From Candidatus Tayloriibacteriota bacterium (GTDB lineage Bacteria > Patescibacteriota > Minisyncoccia > Phycocordibacterales > PALSA-1337), in contig JANNAN010000007.1 of the NCBI GenBank assembly GCA_031384385.1, forward strand, positions 10,236-74,235: DNA of 64,000 nucleotides. The letters run 5' to 3'. The position numbers were made by a program, and so were the translations under genes. Position 1 is the stretch's first letter. Each line of letters opens with the position of its first letter. Positions 10,295-20,504 of this stretch are shown in pieces. The notes beneath the pieces are model-generated. The model saw only the letters and a program-made list of their open reading frames with translations, ran no database searches and was not told the DNA's origin.

Positions 10295-11515
10295 ATGAAG
10301 AAAAATAAAAAAATATTAAAAAAGTCAGCAAAGAAAATTATTAAAAAAATAAAATCAAAGTCAAAAAACTCAGCAAAGAATGTTACAAAAAAGACAAATT
10401 TAAAGTCTGTATCTCCATCAAAAAAAAATAAAAATAAGGAATTTGAATTAAAGGCCACAAAACTTACAACAAAAGGTAAAGAAAGAGGTTTTGTTACCTA
10501 TGATGAAATTTTGAAGGAATTTCCAAATATTGAGACAGATATTATATTTCTAGATGAACTTTATTCAAAATTTTCAGTAGCAGGAATAGATGTTCTAGAA
10601 GGCGGAGGTCTTCTTGAAGTTGAGCCAGAAGTTCATCATGCCCCAAAGAAATATTCCTATGGTTCTAGAGGTTCTGATTCTTCATATGATTCAATTCAAA
10701 TTTATTTGAAGGAAATCGGACAATACGCACTTATTTCTGCTACAAATGAAAAAGATTTAGCAAAGAGAATTCAGGCTGGTGATAAAGAAGCTAAAAATCT
10801 TTTGGCTCGTGCAAACTTGCGTCTTGTGGTTTCTATTGCAAAGAAATATGTTGGTAGAAGTCCAGATCTCACACTTTTAGATCTTATTCAAGAAGGAAAT
10901 CTTGGTCTTTTTAAGGCTGTAGATAAATTTGATTGGACAAAAGGATATAAATTTTCAACTTATGCTACATGGTGGATTCGTCAGGCCATTACTCGTGCAT
11001 TAGCTGATCAATCAAGAACCATTCGTGTACCTGTTCACATGGTAGAAACAATTGCAAAGTACAAGCAAGTTGTTAGAAGACTTACTCAAGATTTGGGACG
11101 CGATCCATTAGCAGAAGAAGTAGCTACAGAGATGGGTCTTGATGTTGAAAAGATTTATAATATTGAAAAAATTGATCAAAGTGTCGCTTCATTAGATGAT
11201 CAGGTTGGAGATGATAGTGATGATGGAAAATCTACTCTGGGAGATTTTCTGGCTGATGATAAAATACTTTCTCCAGATCAAGAATCTTCAAGAAGGATTT
11301 TACGCGATCAAGTAAATGAAATTTTAGGTGATCTTTCTGAAAAAGAAAAGAAAATTCTTGAAATGAGACATGGATTAAATGATGGCGTAACTCATACATT
11401 AGAAGAGGTAGGTAAAGAATTTGGAGTTACTCGAGAACGTATTCGTCAAATTGAAGCAAAAGCTCACGAAAAAATCCGCCAACATGATAAAATCAATAGA
11501 CTAAAGAATTACTAA
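10295..11515 (+). CDS. rpoD: RNA polymerase sigma-70 factor (primary sigma)
   Basis: Regions 2-4 are recognisable ([22 protein letters not shown], and a C-terminal helix-turn-helix [18 protein letters not shown]). The N-terminus is Lys-rich. The dnaG-rpoD order is classical. Confidence 0.9.
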   Translation: MKKNKKILKKSAKKIIKKIKSKSKNSAKNVTKKTNLKSVSPSKKNKNKEFELKATKLTTKGKERGFVTYDEILKEFPNIETDIIFLDELYSKFSVAGIDVLEGGGLLEVEPEVHHAPKKYSYGSRGSDSSYDSIQIYLKEIGQYALISATNEKDLAKRIQAGDKEAKNLLARANLRLVVSIAKKYVGRSPDLTLLDLIQEGNLGLFKAVDKFDWTKGYKFSTYATWWIRQAITRALADQSRTIRVPVHMVETIAKYKQVVRRLTQDLGRDPLAEEVATEMGLDVEKIYNIEKIDQSVASLDDQVGDDSDDGKSTLGDFLADDKILSPDQESSRRILRDQVNEILGDLSEKEKKILEMRHGLNDGVTHTLEEVGKEFGVTRERIRQIEAKAHEKIRQHDKINRLKNY

Positions 11516-11535
11516 AAAGGGGTTATAATAAACCT

Positions 11536-14460
11536 ATGGTGAATAAAGTTAAAAGTTCGGATAATCTTATAGATTTCGAAACTCTCTATAAAAGATTAAA
11601 TTCTGCCCAGAAGAAAGCCGTAGATACTACAGAGGGTTCTGTTATGGTTATTGCTGGTCCTGGAACTGGTAAGACCTCCATTCTGACTTTGCGTATCGCA
11701 AATATTCTACAAAAAACTGACATTTCGCCAGAGAATATTTTAGCACTTACTTTTACAGAAAGTGGTGCTTATGCGATGCGTAAGAAACTTGTAGAAATTA
11801 TTGGCACGGCAGGATATAAAGTAAATATAAATACATTTCATGGATTTTGTAATGAAATAATAAAACAATATCCAGAAAGATTTCCAAGAATAATTGGCTC
11901 AACAGCAATTACAGATATTGATCAGATTGCTTTGATGGAAAAAATAATTGAATCTAATGATTTGGAATTATTGAAACCTTATGGAGATATATTTTTTTAT
12001 GTTAGACCTACATTGGGAGAAATAAGAAATTTAAAAAGAGAAGCTATTTCTGTTGAAGATTTTGCAAAAATAATAAAGAAACAAGAGACTGACTACGATG
12101 AAATTCCAGACAAGGTTCATATGAAAGGAGCTCACAAAGGAAAGATGAAGGGTGAATTTATTAAATTAAAAGAAAAAATTGAAAAAAATAAAGAACTTCT
12201 TAGTCTCTATGATTCTTATGAAAAGGTTTTAATAAAAGGAAAGTTCTATGACTTTGAGGATATGATAGTGGAAGTTATTAAAACTCTTAAAAAAGATTCT
12301 GATTTACTACTAATCCTTCAAGAATCATATCAGTATATTCTTGCTGATGAACATCAAGATACAAATAATGCACAGAATGCCATTCTTGAATTGCTTTCAA
12401 ATTTTCATAAAAATCCAAATCTTTTTATTGTTGGAGATGAAAAACAAGCGATTTTTAGATTTCAAGGTGCATCATTAGATAATTTCCTTTATTTCAAAAA
12501 ACTTTATCCAGAAGCTGAACTTATTCATCTCGAAGAAAATTATCGCTCAACTCAGCCAATTCTAGACGCTTCTCATTCATTGATTTCAAATAATAAAATG
12601 CCGGAAAATCATCAGAGGATTTCTTTAAAGGCAAAAGCTGAAAAAGGAAAAGAACCAATTCACATTTATGAAGCTATAAGTTTTGATAGCGAATATGCTT
12701 TTATAATTAAAGATATAAAAGAAAAAATAAAAGCTGGTACAAAGCCTGATGAAATAGCTATTCTGTATAGAGATAATAAAGATGCTTTTCCGATGGCACA
12801 TGCTTTAGAAAAAACTGGTATTCCATTTAGAATAGAAAGTGATAATGATATTTTGAAAGATGAAAATATTGTTAAATTACTTTCAATTTTAGAATCAATC
12901 AACAATCTTTCTAATGAAGAAAAACTCGGTAAAGCTTTATTTGTAGATTTTTTTAAATTAAATTCAATCGATATTTATAAAGTTTTTGATCAAATCAGAA
13001 AAGAAAAAACATCTCTAATTGATGGAATTACTGAAAAGTTTCCAGAAATATCTAAAAATTTTTCTTCATGGGCTAGTTATGCACACAATAAAACATTCAT
13101 AGAACTTTTTGAAATAATCATTCGTGAATCTGGATATCTGGAGTATGCATTATCAAGTATTGATTCATTAGAAAAAATGGCAACTCTGGATTCATTTTTT
13201 AATGAAATTAGAAAGATGACGGGCGCACGAAATGAATATTATTTAAAAAATTTTATTGAACATTTAGATAGGGTACGCGAACACGGTATTCTCACAAAAA
13301 CAGGTAAGGGAATATTAAAATCAGGAATACGTATGATGACAGCTCATAAATCGAAAGGTTTGGAGTTTGATTATGTTTATATTATTGGTGCTTATGATGG
13401 TCATTGGGGTAATAAAAAGAGTAGAAATTATTTTACAACAATAAATTCTTTTGAGGCTGGTATGGATGATGAAAGAAGACTTTTTTATGTAGCCCTTACT
13501 CGTGCTAGAAAGGAGGTTGCAATAACCTATTCAAAAGAAGGAAATGATGGTCGTGAACTTTTACCAAGTCAATTTATCTCTGAAATTTCGGATGAATTTA
13601 AAAAGGTAGAATCAATTAAAGATTCTTTCGATATATCTACTCATTTTAAAGAATCTATTTTGCATGAGAATCATGAAATAAATAATAAAGAATATTTACG
13701 AAATCTTTTTTTAGAACAAGGACTTTCTGTTACTGCATTAAATAATTATTTAAAATGTCCATTAGAGTATTTCTTTGTAAATTTGATTCGTCTTCCAAAA
13801 GCTCAAAGTAAACATCAAATGTATGGTATTGCCATACATGAAACTCTCAAGATTTTTTTTGATAAATATCGTGATGAGTATGATATGAGTAAAAAGAACC
13901 TATTAGAACTATTTGAATTTAATTTGAATAAAACACTCCTTTCTCCAAATGATCTGAAAGATAGCCTAAAGAAAGGTAAAGAAGCCTTAGATGGCTATTT
14001 TGAGGCTTATAAGGGTATATGGAATCGTAATTTACTCACAGAATATAGTATTCGAGGGGTTCATTTAAGAGTTGCTAATTTTGAGTTAATTTTGAAGGGT
14101 CAATTAGATAAAATAGAAATGCTTGATGAGAAAAATGTCATTGTCGTAGACTATAAAACTGGCAAAAGAAAATCTGATCATAAAGAAAATTATCATCGTC
14201 AATTAATTTTTTATAAACTTTTATTATCTCTTGATGAAAAGAAAAAATATATTATGAAAGGTGGGGAACTTGATTTTATTGAGCCAGATGATAGAAATAA
14301 ATATAAAAAAGATATTTTTGAAATTACTGATGAAGAAGTTGAAGATCTAATTAAATTAATTAAAGAAAAAGCCGTAGAAATATACAGCTTAAACTTTTTT
14401 AATAAGGGGTGTGAGGAAAAAGATTGTGAATACTGTAAGTTGGGGAAATCACTTAAATAA
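11536..14460 (+). CDS. UvrD/PcrA-family SF1 helicase fused to a C-terminal PD-(D/E)xK nuclease with a 4-Cys (Fe-S, Cas4/AddB-like) cluster
   Basis: Walker A AGPGTGKTS and UvrD helicase motifs (FRFQGA, YRST, the C-terminal VALTRAR). C-terminal nuclease motifs: C..H (CPLEYF...HETL), VVDYKTGK (DxK) and QLIFYKLL (QxxxY). The final CEEKDCEYC three-Cys cluster completes the 4-Cys set. Confidence 0.8.
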   Translation: MVNKVKSSDNLIDFETLYKRLNSAQKKAVDTTEGSVMVIAGPGTGKTSILTLRIANILQKTDISPENILALTFTESGAYAMRKKLVEIIGTAGYKVNINTFHGFCNEIIKQYPERFPRIIGSTAITDIDQIALMEKIIESNDLELLKPYGDIFFYVRPTLGEIRNLKREAISVEDFAKIIKKQETDYDEIPDKVHMKGAHKGKMKGEFIKLKEKIEKNKELLSLYDSYEKVLIKGKFYDFEDMIVEVIKTLKKDSDLLLILQESYQYILADEHQDTNNAQNAILELLSNFHKNPNLFIVGDEKQAIFRFQGASLDNFLYFKKLYPEAELIHLEENYRSTQPILDASHSLISNNKMPENHQRISLKAKAEKGKEPIHIYEAISFDSEYAFIIKDIKEKIKAGTKPDEIAILYRDNKDAFPMAHALEKTGIPFRIESDNDILKDENIVKLLSILESINNLSNEEKLGKALFVDFFKLNSIDIYKVFDQIRKEKTSLIDGITEKFPEISKNFSSWASYAHNKTFIELFEIIIRESGYLEYALSSIDSLEKMATLDSFFNEIRKMTGARNEYYLKNFIEHLDRVREHGILTKTGKGILKSGIRMMTAHKSKGLEFDYVYIIGAYDGHWGNKKSRNYFTTINSFEAGMDDERRLFYVALTRARKEVAITYSKEGNDGRELLPSQFISEISDEFKKVESIKDSFDISTHFKESILHENHEINNKEYLRNLFLEQGLSVTALNNYLKCPLEYFFVNLIRLPKAQSKHQMYGIAIHETLKIFFDKYRDEYDMSKKNLLELFEFNLNKTLLSPNDLKDSLKKGKEALDGYFEAYKGIWNRNLLTEYSIRGVHLRVANFELILKGQLDKIEMLDEKNVIVVDYKTGKRKSDHKENYHRQLIFYKLLLSLDEKKKYIMKGGELDFIEPDDRNKYKKDIFEITDEEVEDLIKLIKEKAVEIYSLNFFNKGCEEKDCEYCKLGKSLK

Positions 14461-14483
14461 AAAAATAGTAATTACTATTTTTA

Positions 14484-15335
14484 TTAGTAAGTAAACATCA
14501 AATCAATTGTGGCTTTCATTATATCGATCGGCATTGCTCCACCAAGAACTATCATTTTTGAATCAGTACTTATACGAATTGGATATTCTCCAGTATTTCG
14601 ATCTTTGTATGGTTCATATATAGCCATTAATTTTTCTTTTATTGAATCAGGAAAAACCTTACTTAATACTATAATGCTAGTTGGTGTTCCATTAATTCCA
14701 ATATTAACTCCGTCAAGATAATCAGCTTCTACCTTGTCTTTGAATTTATTTGTTGCAAGACAATTATTGAAATCATCTATATTCAATTCTGCGAACTTTG
14801 CAATATTTTGTAATTCTTTAGGATCAAGACCTTTTGGAGAATTGTTCGTAACTGATGGTGTTATTTCATAAAGACGATTTGTATAAGTCCAGAATTTTTC
14901 ATTTCCACCAAGAGAAGCTGCACATTCAAAAGCTTGAGATTCTCGTCCTGCATTTGGATGAAGAATACTTCCATCTGGTTTGGGTTTATCTAATGGAAAA
15001 CTTCTGTATACCCAGGCAACATTTCCTGTAGCACCATAATCAGCCATAACTTTTTTCATAGTATTGTGAAAAACTTTGCAGAAAGGACAAGATGGATCAG
15101 AATATTCAACTATTCTTACTTTTGCATTTGGATTGCCATTAATATGATCAGCCGCAGTAATTGCTCGCATTTGTTGTTCTGGAGAACTTTTGATTACTTG
15201 TTTAGCAGGTGACGGGCCTTTTGTGTAAATTATTGCAATTGCAATAATTGCACCGGCAATAACTATTGCTGTTGGAATATTTAATGATTTAGAATGATTC
15301 TTTATTTCTATTTGCGGTTCTTGTGTTGGTTCCAT
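14484..15335 (-). CDS. DsbA-family thiol:disulfide oxidoreductase, membrane-anchored
   Basis: An N-terminal TM helix and a thioredoxin-fold CPFC active site in the context SDPSCPFCKVFH. Confidence 0.7.
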   Translation of the reverse strand: MEPTQEPQIEIKNHSKSLNIPTAIVIAGAIIAIAIIYTKGPSPAKQVIKSSPEQQMRAITAADHINGNPNAKVRIVEYSDPSCPFCKVFHNTMKKVMADYGATGNVAWVYRSFPLDKPKPDGSILHPNAGRESQAFECAASLGGNEKFWTYTNRLYEITPSVTNNSPKGLDPKELQNIAKFAELNIDDFNNCLATNKFKDKVEADYLDGVNIGINGTPTSIIVLSKVFPDSIKEKLMAIYEPYKDRNTGEYPIRISTDSKMIVLGGAMPIDIMKATIDLMFTY

Positions 15336-15375
15336 TGTATGTTATTGTTATAATAATTATATTAAATTATAACAT

Positions 15376-16098
15376 ATGATTCTTACTTTAATAGCAATAT
15401 TAGCCTTTTTAACTACATTACTTGGTGGTTTATTGGCACTTAAATTTAAAGATAAATTACATCTAGTTCTTGGTTTTAGTGCCGGTGCCCTAATAGGAGT
15501 AGCTTTTTTTGATCTTTTGCCAGAAGCTATTGATCTTGCAGGAAAAAGTTTTCAATATTCCACAATCACAACATTTGTGGCTTCGGGCTTCATCATATTT
15601 ATGATTGTAGATCGTTTTATTACACCCCACCATCATAATGATGAGAATTGTGAAAATGTGAATCATCGCGGAAGAGTTGGAGCTGGTAGTCTTTCATTCC
15701 ATAGTCTTTTGGACGGTCTTGCTATAGGCTTGGCATTTCAGGTATCTATTTCAGTGGGTTTAATCGTAACTATTGCTGTTTTGGTCCATGATTTTTCTGA
15801 CGGAATAAATACAGTTGCTTTAATTTTGAAAAATGGTGGAAGTAAAAAAGAGGCAGGAAAATGGTTGTGTTTGGACGCCATTGCACCAGTTATCGGAATC
15901 ATCCTCTCTACTTTTTTAGTCCTTCCAGAAGCAATTCTTGGAATTATTCTAGCTTTATTTTGTGGATTCTTTTTGTATCTTGGTGCTAGTGACCTTCTTC
16001 CAGAAAGCCATCATCAACATCCAACAATATGGACAACATTTATGACCGTTCTAGGAATTATCGTTCTGTATATTGCGATTAAATTAGCTGGGGTTTAG
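15376..16098 (+). CDS. ZIP-family divalent metal (zinc) transporter, ZupT-like
   Basis: A multi-TM protein with a His-rich loop (HHHNDENCENVNH) and the conserved HDFSDG and LLPESHH motifs. Confidence 0.8.
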   Translation: MILTLIAILAFLTTLLGGLLALKFKDKLHLVLGFSAGALIGVAFFDLLPEAIDLAGKSFQYSTITTFVASGFIIFMIVDRFITPHHHNDENCENVNHRGRVGAGSLSFHSLLDGLAIGLAFQVSISVGLIVTIAVLVHDFSDGINTVALILKNGGSKKEAGKWLCLDAIAPVIGIILSTFLVLPEAILGIILALFCGFFLYLGASDLLPESHHQHPTIWTTFMTVLGIIVLYIAIKLAGV

Positions 16099-16164
16099 TA
16101 TCTAAATTATAAATAAAATGATGCGAGTATATAATTGGTATTCTAAATTTGCATAGATAAAAAC

Positions 16165-16200
16165 CAACCCCAGGACGTCGAGCGTCGCTGGGGTTTGTCG
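16165..16200. terminator. GC-rich hairpin (CCCCAG...CTGGGG) with a flanking T-tract: a bidirectional terminator between convergent genes
   Basis: AACCCCAGG-acgtcgagcgtcg-CTGGGGTTTG lies between the 15376-16098 (+) and 16204-16581 (-) genes. Confidence 0.5.
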
Positions 16201-16203
16201 TGT

Positions 16204-16581
16204 TTAGTTCCGGTGAAAGCATCCAAGAACTTCTCGTTTCTCGATACCGATCAGACGGTATAGATCTCCGGGAACTTGGACTGTTTTTGAATGAGCTTTG
16301 AGGAAATGATGGTATAATCCTGAACTTTTACCATCACTTGTTGTTACTTGGGAAATAAAGACCCTTCCAATATAGTTCCCAATAATGTATAGACCGGGTT
16401 GCATCTGCATTTTAACCGAAACAACGACCCCGTCGTTCAGTCGATCAACATAAGCCAATTCTCCAACATTGGAAGTTGCCATTACTCTTGAGATCCCGCG
16501 AAGGATCCTCGACAGATTTACACTTTTTGTTGGGGCATCGATAATAAAACCATCTACCGCATTTAAGAATTCAATTGTCAT
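16204..16581 (-). CDS. Hypothetical protein (125 aa) with atypically high GC
   Basis: A long ORF with no recognisable motifs. GC is clearly above that of the flanking genes. Confidence 0.45.
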   Translation of the reverse strand: MTIEFLNAVDGFIIDAPTKSVNLSRILRGISRVMATSNVGELAYVDRLNDGVVVSVKMQMQPGLYIIGNYIGRVFISQVTTSDGKSSGLYHHFLKAHSKTVQVPGDLYRLIGIEKREVLGCFHRN

Positions 16582-16643
16582 AATTTTTCCTCCTAGTATC
16601 TATTATACCATAAGTAATATATATGTCAATATTTTAATTGTAA

Positions 16644-17228
16644 TTAAAAAGGCAAGGTGAAAGTCATTGCAGAATCATCTTTATTTTCCCATTTAGATGT
16701 ATCTAATTTAATATCTTTAATTTCACCACCAACTCCTAAATCTTTGTATTTTAATTTGCTATTTGTTAAAGCATAATCATAAAGTTGTCTTGTGATTTTT
16801 ACATCTTCTATACAATATTTAATTATTTTATCTATTTCGCCAGTTCTCCACCATTCTACAGCTTGAAGTCCGTGTCCGATTTTCTTTGTACCAAGAGTCG
16901 CCTCTGCTATAGTATCTAATTTAATTCTTCTACCAAGAGAATTTTTTATTTCGACCATTAAATCTAGGCTTTTTATTTTTGTTAAATCTCCTGAGTAGTA
17001 CTTATTTAAAAGTGGAATGTCGAAATGGTTACCATTAAAAGTAATTAGCATATCCGCCTGCTCGATAATTGGCCAAAGTTTCGGTAAATCTTCCTGAAGA
17101 TAGCTAGTATATTTATCAGTCTTTGAATCATGTATGCAGACAACAGAAATATCAAGAGCTGTAGATTCTGTAGAACCTACATCCTGAAAAATATTTCTTG
17201 TTTCAATATCAAATGTGATTTTTCTCAT
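16644..17228 (-). CDS. DEDDy-type 3'-5' exonuclease (DnaQ/RNase D-like fold)
   Basis: Exo I FDIET, Exo II FNGNHFDIPLL and Exo III YCIED (YxxxD). Confidence 0.65.
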   Translation of the reverse strand: MRKITFDIETRNIFQDVGSTESTALDISVVCIHDSKTDKYTSYLQEDLPKLWPIIEQADMLITFNGNHFDIPLLNKYYSGDLTKIKSLDLMVEIKNSLGRRIKLDTIAEATLGTKKIGHGLQAVEWWRTGEIDKIIKYCIEDVKITRQLYDYALTNSKLKYKDLGVGGEIKDIKLDTSKWENKDDSAMTFTLPF

Positions 17229-17240
17229 TAATTTAAAAAA

Positions 17241-18530
17241 TTAATTTAGTGTAATTGTTTCGGCGGTAAAAACTTTTTGTTTACCAGATTTAAGATTTTT
17301 TAATTTAAATTCACCAGATTTTATTTCTTCTTCACCAATACAAATGATATTTGGAATATGAACTTTATCAGCATTTTTTATTTGTTCACCAATTTTTCTA
17401 AATGAGAAATCAATAGCAACTCTGATACCTTTATTACGAATAGACTGGGCTAATTCTTGACCATAATATGCGACCTCTCTATTCATTAAACAGATGTAAA
17501 TATCGGCAGGGAATTCAGCTTCAGCTTTTGTGATTTTGCCATAAGTTTCAAGTAAATCTCTTGCTGTAACATCACCAGCTCCAAAACCAACAGCTGTAAC
17601 TTTTTCATTTCCAAATATTGATAATAAATCATCATATCTTCCACCACCAAGCACAGCACGACGGTTTAGAGGGTTTTTATCAAATACTTCAAAAACTACG
17701 CCAGTATAATAATCAAAGCCACGCATTAATGTTTGATCAAACTGTGCATTTGTAATTCCTAATTTCTCTAATCCTTCTATTACAAATTTTATTTCTTTAA
17801 TTCCAATATGTTCATCTTTTGTTTGAGGAAGATTCTTTGTGAATTCTTCAAAATTATTAGAATTAATTAGAGTTAAGAATTGTTGAGTTTTTTCATTTAA
17901 AATTTCTTCAGCAAGTAATTTGAATGTTTCAATTGTAATTTTATTCTTTTTATCAATTAATTTTGAAATTTTATGAGCCTTATTATCATCCAAAGAAAAA
18001 ACCTCTTTTGTTACATAATTCATCAGTTTTCTATTATTGATCCGAATTTCAAAATCAGTATCAGTAAGACCATATGACTTTGTAATATCATAAGCCATTT
18101 GGATAACTTCAATTTCTGATTGTAGACTTTCAGAACCAAAAATATCAACATTTAATTGCCAATGTTCACGAAGACGGCCACGCTGAGGCTGTTCGTATCT
18201 GAAAAGATTTGGTATTGAAAACCAACGCAATGGATATCCCAATTCCATTCTTTTTGCAGAAACCATTCTAGCAACAGAAGGTGTCATTTCTGGACGAAGA
18301 GTAACTTCGCGATCGCCACGATCTTTAAAGGTATATGTTTGCTCATTAATTATTTCTTCACCAGATTTTGCACGATAAAGATCTGCTGGTTCTAAAACCG
18401 AAGCATTATATTCCTGATATCCGTATTTTTTAACAATATCTCGCCAAATGGTAAAAATTTGATTCTGAACCGCCATATCTGCTGGATAGAAGTCACGAAC
18501 ACCTTTATATGAGTCTGTTGATAATTTCAT
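17241..18530 (-). CDS. hisS: Histidine--tRNA ligase
   Basis: Class II aaRS motifs, the HisRS signatures GGGRYDDL and LRPEMTPS, and a C-terminal anticodon-binding domain. Confidence 0.9.
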   Translation of the reverse strand: MKLSTDSYKGVRDFYPADMAVQNQIFTIWRDIVKKYGYQEYNASVLEPADLYRAKSGEEIINEQTYTFKDRGDREVTLRPEMTPSVARMVSAKRMELGYPLRWFSIPNLFRYEQPQRGRLREHWQLNVDIFGSESLQSEIEVIQMAYDITKSYGLTDTDFEIRINNRKLMNYVTKEVFSLDDNKAHKISKLIDKKNKITIETFKLLAEEILNEKTQQFLTLINSNNFEEFTKNLPQTKDEHIGIKEIKFVIEGLEKLGITNAQFDQTLMRGFDYYTGVVFEVFDKNPLNRRAVLGGGRYDDLLSIFGNEKVTAVGFGAGDVTARDLLETYGKITKAEAEFPADIYICLMNREVAYYGQELAQSIRNKGIRVAIDFSFRKIGEQIKNADKVHIPNIICIGEEEIKSGEFKLKNLKSGKQKVFTAETITLN

Positions 18531-18550
18531 GGTAGTATTGTAACAAAATT

Positions 18551-19279
18551 ATGAGAAAAGTCATTATTGCTAATAAATTAATAGGCGAGACACCACTTGA
18601 GGCTCTTGAAAAAATTCGTATTCAAGAAGAAATCAGGGCTGATATACCAATGACTTATGCCGGACGTCTTGACCCTATGGCAGAGGGTCTCTTAATTATT
18701 CTTGCTGGCGATGCTTGTAAAGATAAAGAAAAATATACAAAACTTGATAAAGAATATGAAATTGAAGTATTATTTGGAATTTCTACTGATACTTACGATA
18801 CTTTAGGTATTATTGAAAAAGTTGAAAAGAAAAGTTTTGATTCAATTGATTTTGAAAAATATAAGGGTAAATTCATTCAAGAATATCCAGCATATTCATC
18901 AAAAACAGTAAATGGAAAACAATTACATAATTTAGCTCGCGAAGGGAATTTACCAGATGAAATGCCCACAAAAGAAGTTGAAATTTATTTAATTGAAAAA
19001 ATAGGATCTACAGCGCTTTCAGGAAAAAGAATAGCCGATACGGTAATTGAAAATATTAAAAAAGCAAAAGGAGACTTTAGACAAAAAGAAATATCAGAAA
19101 AATGGGATAAATTTGGTAAAGATTATGAATTGATTAAATTTATAGTAATTAAATTAAAGGTAGCATGTTCAAGTGGAACTTATATGCGCACTTTGGCAGA
19201 TAGAATTGGAAAAGATGCTGAAATACCGGCATTAGCGTATTCGATAAAGAGGACTAGGGTGGGGGATAATAGAGCCTAG
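18551..19279 (+). CDS. truB: tRNA pseudouridine(55) synthase
   Basis: Catalytic Asp motif (AGRLDPMAEGLL) and CSSGTYMRTL (compare E. coli CSKGTYIRT). Confidence 0.8.
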   Translation: MRKVIIANKLIGETPLEALEKIRIQEEIRADIPMTYAGRLDPMAEGLLIILAGDACKDKEKYTKLDKEYEIEVLFGISTDTYDTLGIIEKVEKKSFDSIDFEKYKGKFIQEYPAYSSKTVNGKQLHNLAREGNLPDEMPTKEVEIYLIEKIGSTALSGKRIADTVIENIKKAKGDFRQKEISEKWDKFGKDYELIKFIVIKLKVACSSGTYMRTLADRIGKDAEIPALAYSIKRTRVGDNRA

Positions 19280-19464
19280 TTTTTTGACTTTTGTGATTCT
19301 TTTTTAAGAAATTTATTGATTACCTTATCTAAGGCAATACAACATTTGCCACAAAAATATTGATTTTTGTATATAAATTTCTCAATATTTCCCATGAAAG
19401 ATATTCTTACATATTCATTATTAATAATTTCAACCCCACAATTATCACAATAATTTTTTGTCAT
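19276..19464 (-). CDS. Small zinc-ribbon protein (62 aa)
   Basis: CDNCG...CGKCC, two CxxC pairs. Short, so low confidence. Confidence 0.3.
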   Translation of the reverse strand: MTKNYCDNCGVEIINNEYVRISFMGNIEKFIYKNQYFCGKCCIALDKVINKFLKKESQKSKN

Positions 19465-19643
19465 TTATTTTATAGTTAATTTAATAATAAATAAATTTTA
19501 TAACTTTTAAAAATTGGCACAATTATTTTTTCTAAGATTTATGTTGTAATGAGGTAGTAAGACATAAGAATAAATTTTTTCAATAGACACGAAACTTTTT
19601 TGTGATAATATTTAGCTAATATCAATACTAATTAATAAAAATT

Positions 19644-20474
19644 ATGAATATAAATACTAAAATTACATTTTTTGAGGATAAGGAAATTAGAAAGGTTTGG
19701 GATGATAAGGAGGAGAAATGGTATTTTTCTGTTGTTGATATTGTTAAAGCATTAACCAATAGTTCAATCCCACGAAGATATTGGTCAGATTTGAAAAATA
19801 ACTTGAAAAATGAGGGAAGTGAAGTGTACGAGAAAATCGTACAGTTCAAAATGATAGCCGAAGACGGAAAAGAACGTGATACAGATACAGCAGATGTTGA
19901 GGGTATTTTCCGTCTTATCCAATCAATCCCATCCCCAAATGCTGAACCATTCAAGCTTTGGCTAGCTAGAGTTGGATATGAACGTGTAGAAGAAGCTAAT
20001 GATCCAGAATTGGCTATTAATCGCGCCCTACAAATATACTTAAAGAAAGGATATAGTTTAAATTGGATTAATCAAAGATTAAAGAGTATAGAAATTAGAA
20101 AAGACTTAACAGATGAATGGGATAAAAGAGGTGTAAAGAAAGGTCTAGAATATGCGTTGCTTACTGATGAAATAACTTTTGCTTGGGCTGGACTTTCTAC
20201 AAAAGAATATAAGAATCATAAAGGACTTAAAAAAGAAAATCTTCGAGATAATATGACAAATCTTGAGCTTGTATTAAATATGCTTGCTGAAGCTTCTACA
20301 ACTGCCATATCTGAGAAAGTAGAACCAAAAGATTTTGAAGAAAATAAAAAAGTAGCGCAGGAAGGCGGATCTGTGGCTGGAGTAGCTAGAAAGAAATTGG
20401 AAGAAAAAGTAGGGAAGACGGTGTTGAGTAGTAAGAAGTTTGGGGGTAGAAGAGATAAAGAGAAGTTAAAATAG
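19644..20474 (+). CDS. DinD-like (DNA-damage-inducible protein D family) protein, paralog 2
   Basis: 276 aa, collinear with the 7670-8491 product (WYFSVVDIVKAL, EGIFRLIQSIPSPNAEPFKLWLARVGYERV, KGLKKENLRDNMTNLELVLNMLAEASTT). Confidence 0.65.
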   Translation: MNINTKITFFEDKEIRKVWDDKEEKWYFSVVDIVKALTNSSIPRRYWSDLKNNLKNEGSEVYEKIVQFKMIAEDGKERDTDTADVEGIFRLIQSIPSPNAEPFKLWLARVGYERVEEANDPELAINRALQIYLKKGYSLNWINQRLKSIEIRKDLTDEWDKRGVKKGLEYALLTDEITFAWAGLSTKEYKNHKGLKKENLRDNMTNLELVLNMLAEASTTAISEKVEPKDFEENKKVAQEGGSVAGVARKKLEEKVGKTVLSSKKFGGRRDKEKLK

Positions 20475-20504
20475 AAGATGTGTTTGTGATATAATTATGT
20501 TTAT

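Noticed and set aside
10225-10458. 77-aa minus-strand Phe-rich ORF over the dnaG/rpoD junction
   Set aside because: It is the antisense of the Lys-rich rpoD N-terminus (AAA/TTT codons). An artefact.
14461-14483. AT-only perfect palindrome AAAAATAGTAATTACTATTTTT between the convergent helicase-nuclease and dsbA-like genes
   Set aside because: It could act as a weak bidirectional terminator, but an A/T-only stem is too unstable to call with confidence.
19470-19643. Search for a copy of the 23-bp palindrome or the 27-nt motif upstream of the second DinD-like paralog
   Set aside because: Only an 8-bp TTAGCTAA palindrome is present. There is no significant match to either element.
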